From Syntrophaceae bacterium (GTDB lineage: Bacteria; Desulfobacterota; SM23-61), in NCBI GenBank assembly GCA_013388675.1, contig JACAEW010000211.1, positions 42,649 to 106,648 on the forward strand: DNA of 64,000 nucleotides, in the 5' to 3' direction. The notes under the pieces were generated by a model. That model searched no databases. It had not been told where the DNA came from and saw only the letters and a list, made by a program, of their open reading frames with translations. Shown here piece after piece: positions 35,557 through 44,484 of the stretch (position 1 is its first letter; every line of letters begins with the position of its first letter). The translations under genes and the position numbers were made by a program.

Positions 35557-36708
35557 TCAGTCTTTGAAAGCGGTCAGGGGTTCCCGGATCAGTTCGCCCC
35601 TGGCGAAGCGCTCGACCGAGAGGCTGGAAATTTCGATGGATGGCTTTTCACCGAGGATCAGCTCGGCCATGACCTTTCCCACCGCCGGGCTGTGCTGGAA
35701 GCCGTGGCCGCTGAAACCGTTGGCCAGAAAAAAGCCCTTGAGTCCAGGGAATTCCCCCAGGATGGCATGGTTGTCCGGGGAAATTTCGTAGGACCCGGCC
35801 CACCCGCGGTCGATTGCGGCCTTCTCCAGGATGGGCACCCGGTACATGGAGTTTTCGGCCACTTCCACCATGGCGTCATAATCGACATCCAGGTTGAAGG
35901 AGGGGAAGTTATCCTTCGGCCCAGAGATCAGAAGGCCGGCGCCTTCCCGGCGGAAATACCAGGCCCGGTGAAAGTCGATCACCAATGGGATGGGGTCGGG
36001 GATATGGGGAAAGGGTCCGGTAAAAAAAAGCTGGCGGCGGAAAGGCTGAACCGGCACCTCCACCCCGGCCATCTTGCCTACTTCTCCTGCATAGGGCCCG
36101 GCGGCATTTACCACCAGGGGAGCGGAGATGTCCCCCCGGCGAGTCCGAACCCCGGCCACCCGGTTCCCGTTTCGGAGAATCTGAGTCACCTCGGTTTCCT
36201 CAAAAATCTTGACCCCGCCCCGGCGGGCGCCCCGGGCAAAGCCGCTCAGGGCTTCGTAGGGGCCGGCGTATCCTTCCCAGGGGCAGAACGTTCCTCCTTT
36301 TAGATCATCTATCCTCAGATAGGGCCAACGATATTGAATTTCCTGCGGGGAGAGGAGTTCCACGGGAATTCCGAACTTGTGCTGGAGGTCCGAATTGCTT
36401 CGGAACACCGTCCACTCGTCTTCAGTGGTGGCCAAAAAAAGATAACCGACTTTTTTAAAATCGAGTTCCGCGTCCATGATTTCCCGGAACCGGTCCCAGG
36501 TCTTGAAACTCTCGAGGGAGAAACGAATGTTGATTTCCGTGGAGAATTGAGCCCGGATTCCCCCGGCGCATTTGGCCGTGGACCCTTCGCCCAACATTCC
36601 CTTTTCCAAAAGCACCACCCCTTTGGCTTTTTTCTGGGCCAGATGGTAGGCGATGCTCGTGCCGATAATCCCCCCGCCGATAATGACGATCTCCGCCTTA
36701 TTTTCCAT
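35557..36708 (-). CDS. FAD-dependent oxidoreductase (DAO family; sarcosine oxidase beta / D-amino-acid dehydrogenase-like)
   Basis: IVIIGGGIIGTSIAYHLA dinucleotide-binding motif. 383 aa. Confidence 0.8.
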   Translation of the reverse strand: MENKAEIVIIGGGIIGTSIAYHLAQKKAKGVVLLEKGMLGEGSTAKCAGGIRAQFSTEINIRFSLESFKTWDRFREIMDAELDFKKVGYLFLATTEDEWTVFRSNSDLQHKFGIPVELLSPQEIQYRWPYLRIDDLKGGTFCPWEGYAGPYEALSGFARGARRGGVKIFEETEVTQILRNGNRVAGVRTRRGDISAPLVVNAAGPYAGEVGKMAGVEVPVQPFRRQLFFTGPFPHIPDPIPLVIDFHRAWYFRREGAGLLISGPKDNFPSFNLDVDYDAMVEVAENSMYRVPILEKAAIDRGWAGSYEISPDNHAILGEFPGLKGFFLANGFSGHGFQHSPAVGKVMAELILGEKPSIEISSLSVERFARGELIREPLTAFKD

Positions 36709-36739
36709 ATCTTCATTTTATCCAGGACTCTGCCGGGAC

Positions 36740-37684
36740 TCAAATCCTTTTTGGTTTGGCCAGGGGGGTTATATTTCTGTCGGAGACGGACAACCAACTG
36801 AGAAGCGAACCCGCGACAATCAGGACGCACCCCAGCCACAGGCTGACTCCGGCTGCGACCTGAAGATAAAGAGAAATGAGAAGGGTGGATAAAAGGGGCG
36901 TGAAATAAGAACAGGCGGCGACAAATACCACGTCGCCCTTGCGCATGGCCAGGTCCCAGAGAAGATAACCGAGGGCCGTGGCCATTCCCATGAAGGTAAC
37001 CTCCAGGACTGCCCGAAGCGTCCATGATCCTCCCTCGGGATGGAGCAACCGGAGGATCAGGAAAACGGCTCCGGTAGCGGAGACCAAAAGCTCTACTCCT
37101 CCTTCCATCCGGGGACCGGCCCAGCGGCGAGTCAGGTTGGAATAGAGGCCCCAGGAGATCGCCGCAGCTAGAGCCAGGGTGTAGGCCGGGGGATTTCCGG
37201 ACACATTGGCGAATAAGGAAGAAATAGAGATCCTTTGACCCTGGGTAAGGACAAGGAAGACCCCAGCCAGCGCCAGGATGGTCGCCGGCAACAACCCCAG
37301 GTTGGCCTTTTTATGGAGCAGGAAGAGAGAGAAAACGATGGTGAGGGCCGGCCAGAGGTAATTGATCAGGCCGATCTCCAGGACCTGGCTTCGGCTGCGC
37401 GCAAGGCCCACCGCCAGGTAAAGAGCAAGCATGTAAAAGACGAACAGGGACCCGCAACCGAGTAGAAATTTTCGCCGAAGGTGAAGAAAAGGAAGGGCCC
37501 CTCCCCGGAAACGAAAAAAGTACTGGGCCCAGCAAAAGGCGCCTCCCACCAAATGCACGGCTGCAGCCCCGGTCAGCGGCCCGAGCTGCTCGGTAATGGA
37601 CCGGACCAGGGCGATGGAGGTGCTCCAGATGAGAATCGCCCCAAGTCCGGCAGCAGTATTTCGATCAAGAAGGACTTTACTCAC
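36740..37684 (-). CDS. EamA/DMT-superfamily transporter (YddG-like)
   Basis: 314-aa ORF with about ten TM segments and two EamA-like halves. Confidence 0.75.
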   Translation of the reverse strand: MSKVLLDRNTAAGLGAILIWSTSIALVRSITEQLGPLTGAAAVHLVGGAFCWAQYFFRFRGGALPFLHLRRKFLLGCGSLFVFYMLALYLAVGLARSRSQVLEIGLINYLWPALTIVFSLFLLHKKANLGLLPATILALAGVFLVLTQGQRISISSLFANVSGNPPAYTLALAAAISWGLYSNLTRRWAGPRMEGGVELLVSATGAVFLILRLLHPEGGSWTLRAVLEVTFMGMATALGYLLWDLAMRKGDVVFVAACSYFTPLLSTLLISLYLQVAAGVSLWLGCVLIVAGSLLSWLSVSDRNITPLAKPKRI

Positions 37685-37736
37685 CCCCTATCTTTCTTCA
37701 ACCCCTGTCTTAGTGCTTCCAAACTCGAACCTTTTC

Positions 37737-38714
37737 CTATTCCTGCTTAATCCCCAGTTGCTTGATGATGGGCCCCCACATGTCGCTGATTTCCTTCGTG
37801 TCTTTAAGGAGTCCCTCTCCGTTCCGGTAAACGACGGGCATGTCGAAGTTATTCATGGCCTTTTTGAATTCCGCGGTCTCCATAGCCTGCTTGAAGGCCC
37901 CGTGGAGCTTCTCCACGATGGGAGCCGGGATTCCCTTGGGGCCGATGACTCCGACCAGAGTGATGGCCCAAATTCTGTATCCCTGGTCGATCAAAGTGGG
38001 GACATTCGAATATTTCTCGTATCTCCTCTCGCCGGTGGTGGCCAGGAGCCGCAGGACGCCGCTGTCCACGTGAGGCTTCCATTCGGAAGCGCAGGTCTGG
38101 AAGTCCACATGCCCTCCCAGGAGGGCCGTCGTGGCTTCGTGGCCTCCCTTGTAAGGGATGTGGGTCCATTTGATTCCTTCCTGAATCCCCAGGGCTTCCA
38201 CCACCAAATGGTGAGAGGACCCCGTCCCCGGGCTGCTGTATTTTAGCTTTCCAGGATTGGCTTTGGCATAAGCAACCAGGTCCTTGATATTCTTCCATGG
38301 AGCATCGGCTTTGACCGTAATTCCATGGATGTAATCCCCGTAGCGAATGATAGGGGTAAAATCCTGGGTCGAATCGTAGGGCACTTTTCGCAGATGCTGT
38401 CCGACGATTCCCGCAGAAGAAAGATTCCCCAGAGTATAACCGTCCGGTTTTTCATTCTTCAGGAGCGCCAATGCCACGGCCGACCCGCCGCCGGGCTTGT
38501 TCTGGGCTACGATAGGCTGCCCCAGGATTTTGCTGGCTGCCTCCGACAGAGCGCGCAGGGTCACATCAGTAGATCCGCCGGCTCCCCACCCAATGAGCAA
38601 GTTGATGGGCTTTGTGGGGTACTGCTGGGCCCGCGCGCTGGGAGACAGGAAGAAAATCAGGAAAAAAACAAAAAGGGTTCGAGTCGTCCAGCTTCGGAAA
38701 AAAAATCGCCACAT
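37737..38714 (-). CDS. Tripartite tricarboxylate transporter substrate-binding protein (TctC/Bug family)
   Basis: Start taken at MWRFFF, with a signal peptide ending ARAQQ. YPTKPINLLIGWGAGGSTD is the family-typical N-terminus. Confidence 0.8.
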   Translation of the reverse strand: MWRFFFRSWTTRTLFVFFLIFFLSPSARAQQYPTKPINLLIGWGAGGSTDVTLRALSEAASKILGQPIVAQNKPGGGSAVALALLKNEKPDGYTLGNLSSAGIVGQHLRKVPYDSTQDFTPIIRYGDYIHGITVKADAPWKNIKDLVAYAKANPGKLKYSSPGTGSSHHLVVEALGIQEGIKWTHIPYKGGHEATTALLGGHVDFQTCASEWKPHVDSGVLRLLATTGERRYEKYSNVPTLIDQGYRIWAITLVGVIGPKGIPAPIVEKLHGAFKQAMETAEFKKAMNNFDMPVVYRNGEGLLKDTKEISDMWGPIIKQLGIKQE

Positions 38715-38820
38715 AAAGGGACCTCCTTCTCTCTGAGTTTCGTAATTTTCAAAATACCCGGATTCGGGCAAAAAGAAAAGGGGGGCCACAGAGCGGCGGT
38801 GCGTCAACTAAACCGCACGA

Positions 38821-38885
38821 GCCATCACGCGAAAGGTATCCGGCTTGCCCATCCTGCGGGCGGCCACATCGGGCCGCCCCTCCAG
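38821..38885. repeat. Intergenic element of about 64 nt, copy 1
   Basis: GCCATCACGCGAAAGGTATCCGGCTTGCCCATCCTGCGGGCGGCCACATCGGGCCGCCCCTCCAG aligns colinearly with 41745-41809. Confidence 0.6.
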
Positions 38886-39025
38886 TTCAAAAAAGCCCGG
38901 GCCAAAATTTCAAGATTTTCCGTTTGAGTAGGATTGAGCGGAAGACGGAATCCGATTTGGCTGGAAAGAAAAATTACCCGCGTGATATATTCAAATGGGA
39001 AGATTGGGAAGAAGTCAGGGTTAAA

Positions 39026-40309
39026 ATGCCGGAATCAAAAAAACCCGCCAACCCGGAAGACGGCCGAAGCTTTGCGGCCCAACCCTCCGGATACATCCTG
39101 CATAAAGGAAGTCTCTATGTCTTGGGGGGCATCCTCCTCCTGTCGGCCTGGAAAGGGCAGACAGGAATCGTCATCCTCCTCGGCCTGGTCCTCAGTGTCG
39201 CCGGGCTGGCCGCCTTTTGGAGCCGGCTTTCCTTGGCCGGAGTCCGCTGCCGCCGTTTGATCGGGGAGAAGCGGCTTTTCCCCGGGGAATCTACGGAACT
39301 CCGGTTGGAGCTTTTTAACCGCAAGCCCCTGCCCCTTCCCTGGGTCAAGATCGATGACGAAATACCCGCCGACCTGGGCGAAGACCTGGACCCGACTCCG
39401 GCAACCCGGCCCGGCTACTATTCCCTGACCCGTTGGGCCTCGGTTCTTTGGTACCGCAAGGTGGGCTGGAAATTTCAAATCTATGGAAAAAAGCGGGGGT
39501 ATTATCCCCTCGGGTCTCTCACCGCCACGTCGGGAGATATTTTCGGATTCTACCCCCGATGGAGGCAATTTGCTTCGGCTGATCATGTCCTTGTGTATCC
39601 CCGGGTCTTCCCCATCGAACAACTGGAATTGCCAGCGTTGCATCCCATGGGAGAAGCGCGGACCCGGCGGCGTATTTTCCAGGACCCCACCCGCCCCGTC
39701 GGCCTGCGGGATTATCGCCCCCAAGACTCTCTCAAGTACATTCACTGGAAGGCCACGGCACGCCGCCAGGAGCTGCAGGTGAAGGTCTTTGAACCCACGA
39801 CCACCTTGAAGGTCTCCATCTTTCTGGCGGGAGAAGGATATTCACCGAAGGACCCGCAATCGGAAGAAGAGTTCGAACTGGCAGTGAGCGCTGCGGCCTC
39901 GCTCGCCCATCATCTCATCGATCAGGGGACCCCTGTGGGGCTGATTTCCAATGGATGCCAGGCGGATTCAGGCCTGGAGATTCAAATCCCCCCCGGGGGG
40001 AGCCGCGATCAGTTGATGGAAATCCTGGAAGCCCTGGCCAAAGTCACCCTCCGCGCAAAGATTTCATCGGAGGCTTTTTTGCAATCCCAAAGCAAGTCTT
40101 TGCCCTCAGGAACAACCCTTATTCTCGTAGTTTCCCAAGTCCCGGAGTCATTTTTCCCGCTGCTTAGGGACCTGAAGGATAGAGGCACCAAATTGTTGCT
40201 CCTGCGGGTAGGGGACCAGCAGGAAGGCGGGTTGGATGGGACGATTCCCAGCTATTCAATCCGCAAGCCGGGGGACTTATTGACGATCAATCCCGAGAGC
40301 AGCCGATGA
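39026..40309 (+). CDS. DUF58-domain protein (vWA-like partner of MoxR); start uncertain
   Basis: Two N-terminal TM segments. YRPQDSLKYIHWKATARRQELQVKVFEPT is the DUF58 hallmark. The ORF is open from 38924 (TTG); the first ATG is at 39026. Confidence 0.75.
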   Translation: MPESKKPANPEDGRSFAAQPSGYILHKGSLYVLGGILLLSAWKGQTGIVILLGLVLSVAGLAAFWSRLSLAGVRCRRLIGEKRLFPGESTELRLELFNRKPLPLPWVKIDDEIPADLGEDLDPTPATRPGYYSLTRWASVLWYRKVGWKFQIYGKKRGYYPLGSLTATSGDIFGFYPRWRQFASADHVLVYPRVFPIEQLELPALHPMGEARTRRRIFQDPTRPVGLRDYRPQDSLKYIHWKATARRQELQVKVFEPTTTLKVSIFLAGEGYSPKDPQSEEEFELAVSAAASLAHHLIDQGTPVGLISNGCQADSGLEIQIPPGGSRDQLMEILEALAKVTLRAKISSEAFLQSQSKSLPSGTTLILVVSQVPESFFPLLRDLKDRGTKLLLLRVGDQQEGGLDGTIPSYSIRKPGDLLTINPESSR

Positions 40310-41712
40310 ACGGAGCGTGGACGGCAATTCTCCTTTACGGGGCGGTGGCGGGGCTGGAAGTCTCCTGGTTCTGGGCATTCCTGGACCTCCTGAAGCAGAA
40401 GGGGGTGGGCGGTTCCCTGCCTTTGGTTTCCTTGCTCGGCTTTTACCCCCTGAGTTTCGTTTTTCATCGTTTGCTTAGCGGATTCTCCTGCAAGAAGGCT
40501 ATCCCTTCGGGAGGCTTGGTCTGGGCGGTTTTGATTTTTATTTTAGGGAAAGTCAATTTTTTTCCGAATTCGGGATGGGCGGATCCTCAATTGCTTAAGG
40601 ATTTCGGGAACGCCTTGGCCGGGGCGGTTCATGGCTTGACCCAGGAGTCGCTCGTGGTGTTTAGCAGTGCGGTTTTCTGGGGGTTTGGCTGCCGCCTGGC
40701 CTATGGGCGGGTTCATTTTTCCACTCTGGTCGGCGAGTTCCAGTTCGGGCTGGCCATTCTTTTGACCCTCTTCCTTCTGAACGCCCAATGGGAATTAAGC
40801 ATGATTGCCCTGATCCCCTTAAGCCTGGCCTTCTTTTTCTTTGCCCTGAGCGGCATCGCGGTTTCCCATGCCTCGGAGCGGGGAAGCTGGGTGTCGGGCG
40901 GATATCGGGACCGCTGGTTTGCCTTCTTGCTTTTGACCATCGGATTTATCCTGGGGATCGGCTGGCTGATCAGCGTGGTGATCAACCCTTCGCTGATCGA
41001 ATTCATTCTTTCCCTTTTGGCCACGGCCGGCCAGTGGGTCTGGGGATGGATCGTAAAATTCTTTATTTTCCTGGGCGAACTGATTCCCCCTCCCAAGCCG
41101 GTTGAACTCCCGCCGGGCACGCGGATGGGCCCGATAAAAGGGCCAACCGAGGAACCCTTCATCCTGTTTTCCGACTCCGTCCGCGAGGTGATTCGGTTTA
41201 TCTGGGGAATCGGGGTCCTATCCCTCATCCTGGCCGCCCTGTGGCGGGTTTCCTCCCAGGTCTTCGAGTGGCTCCGGCGGAAAATGGGGGGAATGAGGGA
41301 ATCCGAGGTGGAGGCTCTGCCCGGGGCTTTTCGCGAGGACCTTTTTAATTTTTTGAAAAAGCTGCTTCGGATTTTCGGGATTCGATGGCTTTTTAGAAGG
41401 GGAAAAAGATCAGAACCCCTCCCCGTGGGAGTCGAGTTGGTGCGCAAGACCTATCGCCAGCTTTCGGCCTGGGCAGCGGCCCGGGGACAGGGTCGGAAGG
41501 CTGCCCAGACACCCTATGAATACCTGCCGGCTCTGCTTGCCTGGCTTCCGGAGAGAGGGGATGATTTTACCCTTATCACCGAACAGTACGTCCAAACGCG
41601 TTACAGCCCGGCCATTCCGGGGAAAGCCGGTTTGCAGGAGTTGCAGCGGAGCTGGCAGCGGATCCGGGAGACCCGTGTCAAGAAGCAATCGAAAAATAGT
41701 GGAAAAAAGTAG
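40306..41712 (+). CDS. Polytopic membrane protein with a C-terminal DUF4129-like domain
   Basis: ATGA overlap with the upstream gene, many TM segments, and a C-terminal TPYEYLPALLAWLPERGDDFTLITEQYVQTRYS. Confidence 0.65.
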   Translation: MNGAWTAILLYGAVAGLEVSWFWAFLDLLKQKGVGGSLPLVSLLGFYPLSFVFHRLLSGFSCKKAIPSGGLVWAVLIFILGKVNFFPNSGWADPQLLKDFGNALAGAVHGLTQESLVVFSSAVFWGFGCRLAYGRVHFSTLVGEFQFGLAILLTLFLLNAQWELSMIALIPLSLAFFFFALSGIAVSHASERGSWVSGGYRDRWFAFLLLTIGFILGIGWLISVVINPSLIEFILSLLATAGQWVWGWIVKFFIFLGELIPPPKPVELPPGTRMGPIKGPTEEPFILFSDSVREVIRFIWGIGVLSLILAALWRVSSQVFEWLRRKMGGMRESEVEALPGAFREDLFNFLKKLLRIFGIRWLFRRGKRSEPLPVGVELVRKTYRQLSAWAAARGQGRKAAQTPYEYLPALLAWLPERGDDFTLITEQYVQTRYSPAIPGKAGLQELQRSWQRIRETRVKKQSKNSGKK

Positions 41713-41744
41713 AATTGTGCACAAAAGGTAACAAGATCGTAGGG

Positions 41745-41809
41745 GCAATCACGCCATAGGCGTGATGGTTGCCCGTCCTGCGGGCGGCCATATCGGGCCG
41801 CCCCTGCAA
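41745..41809. repeat. Intergenic element of about 64 nt, copy 2
   Basis: GCAATCACGCCATAGGCGTGATGGTTGCCCGTCCTGCGGGCGGCCATATCGGGCCGCCCCTGCAA. The last 37 nt differ from copy 1 by two transitions. Confidence 0.6.
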
Positions 41810-41853
41810 TCAGATCCTGTTAGGTTTCGGCTGGGCTGGGTTAGGAGACGAAA

Positions 41854-42834
41854 ATGAATCAATCGATCGACTCTCAGGCGGCGGATGTGGGCCAAATCAA
41901 GGAAGCCGCGGATCGGCTTCTTCAGAATGTCAACCGGGTTATGGTAGGCAAGAAGGAAACCATCGAGCTGGTTTTCATCGCCCTTCTCTGCGAGGGGCAT
42001 GTGTTGATCGAGGATGTTCCCGGGGTGGGAAAGACCCTGCTGGCCAAGGCCATGGCCAGGTCCGCGGGCTGCCGCTTCAAGAGAATCCAGTGCACTCCCG
42101 ACCTCCTGCCCTCGGATGTGACCGGGATCCACTATTTCAACCAGAAGACTTCGGCCTTTGAGTTCCGGCCCGGCCCCATCCTGGCCAATATCGTCCTGGT
42201 GGACGAGATCAACCGGGCCATGCCCCGGACCCAGTCATCGCTATTGGAGTGCATGCAGGAGCAGCAAGTCACCGTGGACCTTGAAACGGTCCCCCTGCCG
42301 CGGCCTTTCCTGATCCTGGCCACGCAGAACCCCATCGAACTGGAAGGAACCTTCCCCCTGCCGGAGGCCCAACTCGACCGCTTTCTCCTCCGGGTTAGGC
42401 TAGGCTACCCGGAGGATGGAGAAGAAGAAGCCATCCTGACCCGTTTCCACGGGGCGAACCCGATGGATGGGCTCTCCAGCGTACTAACCGCGGCAGCCAT
42501 CCTGGACCTCCAAAAGAGGTGCCGGCAGGTTTTCGTGGAGGACTCCGTGAGGCGGTACATGACCGATTTGACCCGGGCGACCCGCGGTCACGAAAAGATC
42601 AAGCTGGGCGCCAGCCCCCGGGCGTCGCTGGGGCTCTACCTCGCCTCCCAGGCCAAGGCGGCCGTCCGGGGAAGGAATTTCGTGATCCCGGACGATGTCA
42701 AATCCCTGGCCACGCCGGTTTTGGCCCATCGCTTCATCGTGAAAACCGAAGCCCGGATGAAAGGGCAAACGTCGGAAGATATCATGAAGGAGATCCTGGC
42801 CGCAGTTCCAGTCCCGGTGGAGGGAAAGCCCTAA
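41854..42834 (+). CDS. MoxR-family AAA+ ATPase
   Basis: Walker A DVPGVGKT, Walker B LVDEINRA, 326 aa. Confidence 0.9.
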   Translation: MNQSIDSQAADVGQIKEAADRLLQNVNRVMVGKKETIELVFIALLCEGHVLIEDVPGVGKTLLAKAMARSAGCRFKRIQCTPDLLPSDVTGIHYFNQKTSAFEFRPGPILANIVLVDEINRAMPRTQSSLLECMQEQQVTVDLETVPLPRPFLILATQNPIELEGTFPLPEAQLDRFLLRVRLGYPEDGEEEAILTRFHGANPMDGLSSVLTAAAILDLQKRCRQVFVEDSVRRYMTDLTRATRGHEKIKLGASPRASLGLYLASQAKAAVRGRNFVIPDDVKSLATPVLAHRFIVKTEARMKGQTSEDIMKEILAAVPVPVEGKP

Positions 42835-43403
42835 CCAGGCAGGTCTCCAGCGTCTCCTCTTGGGCCCTGCCATTCGGAACGAATCATTCCATACAGTTCG
42901 ATGTCTTCGAAGGCACCCCATTTCATTACGTGCTGGGGCGAAGACCCTTCGTGCTTCATACCCAACTTCCGCATGACTTTGCCGGAGGCCGGGTTCCGCT
43001 GGAAATGGTAGGCGTGGATCCGGTTGAGATTCAGGGAATGAAATCCATATTCCAGGACCGCGCGCCCCGCCTCGGTACAATACCCGTTCCCCCAATAGGG
43101 CCGGCCGATCCAGTATCCGAGTTCCGCCCTCCGGAATTTGCCTTCGATGACCAGCCCCATGGCCCCGATCAATTCGCCGGTCTCGCGGAGGACAATGGCG
43201 AAAACCACCTCTTCGCCGGCTTCGAACTTGGGCCTCCGGGTCAGAATCCACTCCTCGGCCATGCCCACCTCGTAGGGGTGGGGGATCTGAAGGGTCGTGT
43301 CGGCGATGGCCCGGTCCCCGGCCAGACGCCGGACATCTTCCCCATCGGTAAGTTCAAAGGGTCTCAGGATGAGACGCTCGGTTTGAAGAGTCGGCTGCAT
43401 CAC
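42831..43403 (-). CDS. GNAT family N-acetyltransferase (RimJ/RimL-like)
   Basis: TERLILRPFELTDGEDV... and WGNGYCTEA are typical. Its stop overlaps the MoxR stop by 4 nt. Confidence 0.8.
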   Translation of the reverse strand: MMQPTLQTERLILRPFELTDGEDVRRLAGDRAIADTTLQIPHPYEVGMAEEWILTRRPKFEAGEEVVFAIVLRETGELIGAMGLVIEGKFRRAELGYWIGRPYWGNGYCTEAGRAVLEYGFHSLNLNRIHAYHFQRNPASGKVMRKLGMKHEGSSPQHVMKWGAFEDIELYGMIRSEWQGPRGDAGDLPG

Positions 43404-43426
43404 TTGCGTGCAGTGCTGAGTCTAAC

Positions 43427-44230
43427 TTACCTGGCGTAAAACTTCTTGACGGTATCCTCAGCCACCTGTTGTAAAAAACTCGCAGTCTCTTTGTCGATCT
43501 TGCCAAAGTAGGTATAGCTGTTTCCGACCGGCGACTTCCCGTAAAGGCTCGCATAGACGGTGCAGGCCGCAAGGTAGGTGCCGATGAGTTCAGGGTGCGA
43601 ACCATCGAAGTCTTTGTGAAGCTTGATGCCGGGTCGGCGCCGATAGGCTTCTTCGAAAGCAAGACCCACAGGAATAACCAGGGCGCCCACTTCATTGCCG
43701 ACGGAGACATAGAGGTCTTCGGTTAGCCGGATATTTTCCGGCTTGGCCTGTTTGTGCGGTTTGACATAGGCATGGGTTAAGTAGAGGGCGGTCCTTCCAC
43801 CCCGCTCGGCAATCACCTTATGAAACTCGAACACCTTGGCCCGAAATTGGGCTCGCGCCTCTTCCGATAGAGGTTCAGCACTGCCGCCCTGGAGGATGAC
43901 TAGCTGGAAGGGCTCCTTCACGCCGATCTGTCCGGGCTTCGTAAGGTAGTCGATGTTGTGATGAGCCAACACCGCACCCCCGATGGTGGCTGACTTGTAG
44001 CTCAGTTTTCCGCTTAGGCTGGGATCGGCGGCGATCACCAGCCGCTGCACATGGTTGTGTAGGCTGTCGCCGTAATAGAGATAGCTGTTGCCAACAAATA
44101 GCACGCGGGTCGGCGTGTCCACCTGCGGCGCCTTGATCAATGGACCCTGCGCGGCAGGAGAAATGGTGGCTAGCGACAGGGCGCCTGAAAAAAGCAGCAG
44201 ACGCAGGATTGACGCTGAAAATGGCGGCAT
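43427..44230 (-). CDS. Secreted SGNH/GDSL-like hydrolase-fold protein
   Basis: Start taken at MPPFSASILRLLLFSGALSLA (signal peptide). VLFVGNSYLYYGDSL resembles SGNH block I. The family call is tentative. Confidence 0.5.
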   Translation of the reverse strand: MPPFSASILRLLLFSGALSLATISPAAQGPLIKAPQVDTPTRVLFVGNSYLYYGDSLHNHVQRLVIAADPSLSGKLSYKSATIGGAVLAHHNIDYLTKPGQIGVKEPFQLVILQGGSAEPLSEEARAQFRAKVFEFHKVIAERGGRTALYLTHAYVKPHKQAKPENIRLTEDLYVSVGNEVGALVIPVGLAFEEAYRRRPGIKLHKDFDGSHPELIGTYLAACTVYASLYGKSPVGNSYTYFGKIDKETASFLQQVAEDTVKKFYAR

Positions 44231-44484
44231 GGCGCACCTCCTTGGGGGATTCGGTTGATATAGGGTGGAGCAGTCGGGACGAACTCGGTCATTTACGCAG
44301 CGTCTCACTTTTGGGGGATTATATCAGGGCCTATGGAGGAAACCAAGAGGAAACCAGGCTTTTTCTATGGGAAATCCCTTTTAAAGCAGAGTTATTTTGG
44401 CCATGAAGGATAAGTGCAAAATAGGGAAAACTGTGTTAAATTGAAAACCTTCGGACAAATTGAAGGAAGGAGAGTTCTCTGGGA

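Noticed and set aside
38924-39025. TTG at 38924 as the start of the DUF58 gene (the ORF-track start).
   Set aside because: The first 34 codons directly abut the intergenic repeat (38821-38885) and look non-protein-like. The ATG at 39026 is preferred, but the true start remains uncertain.
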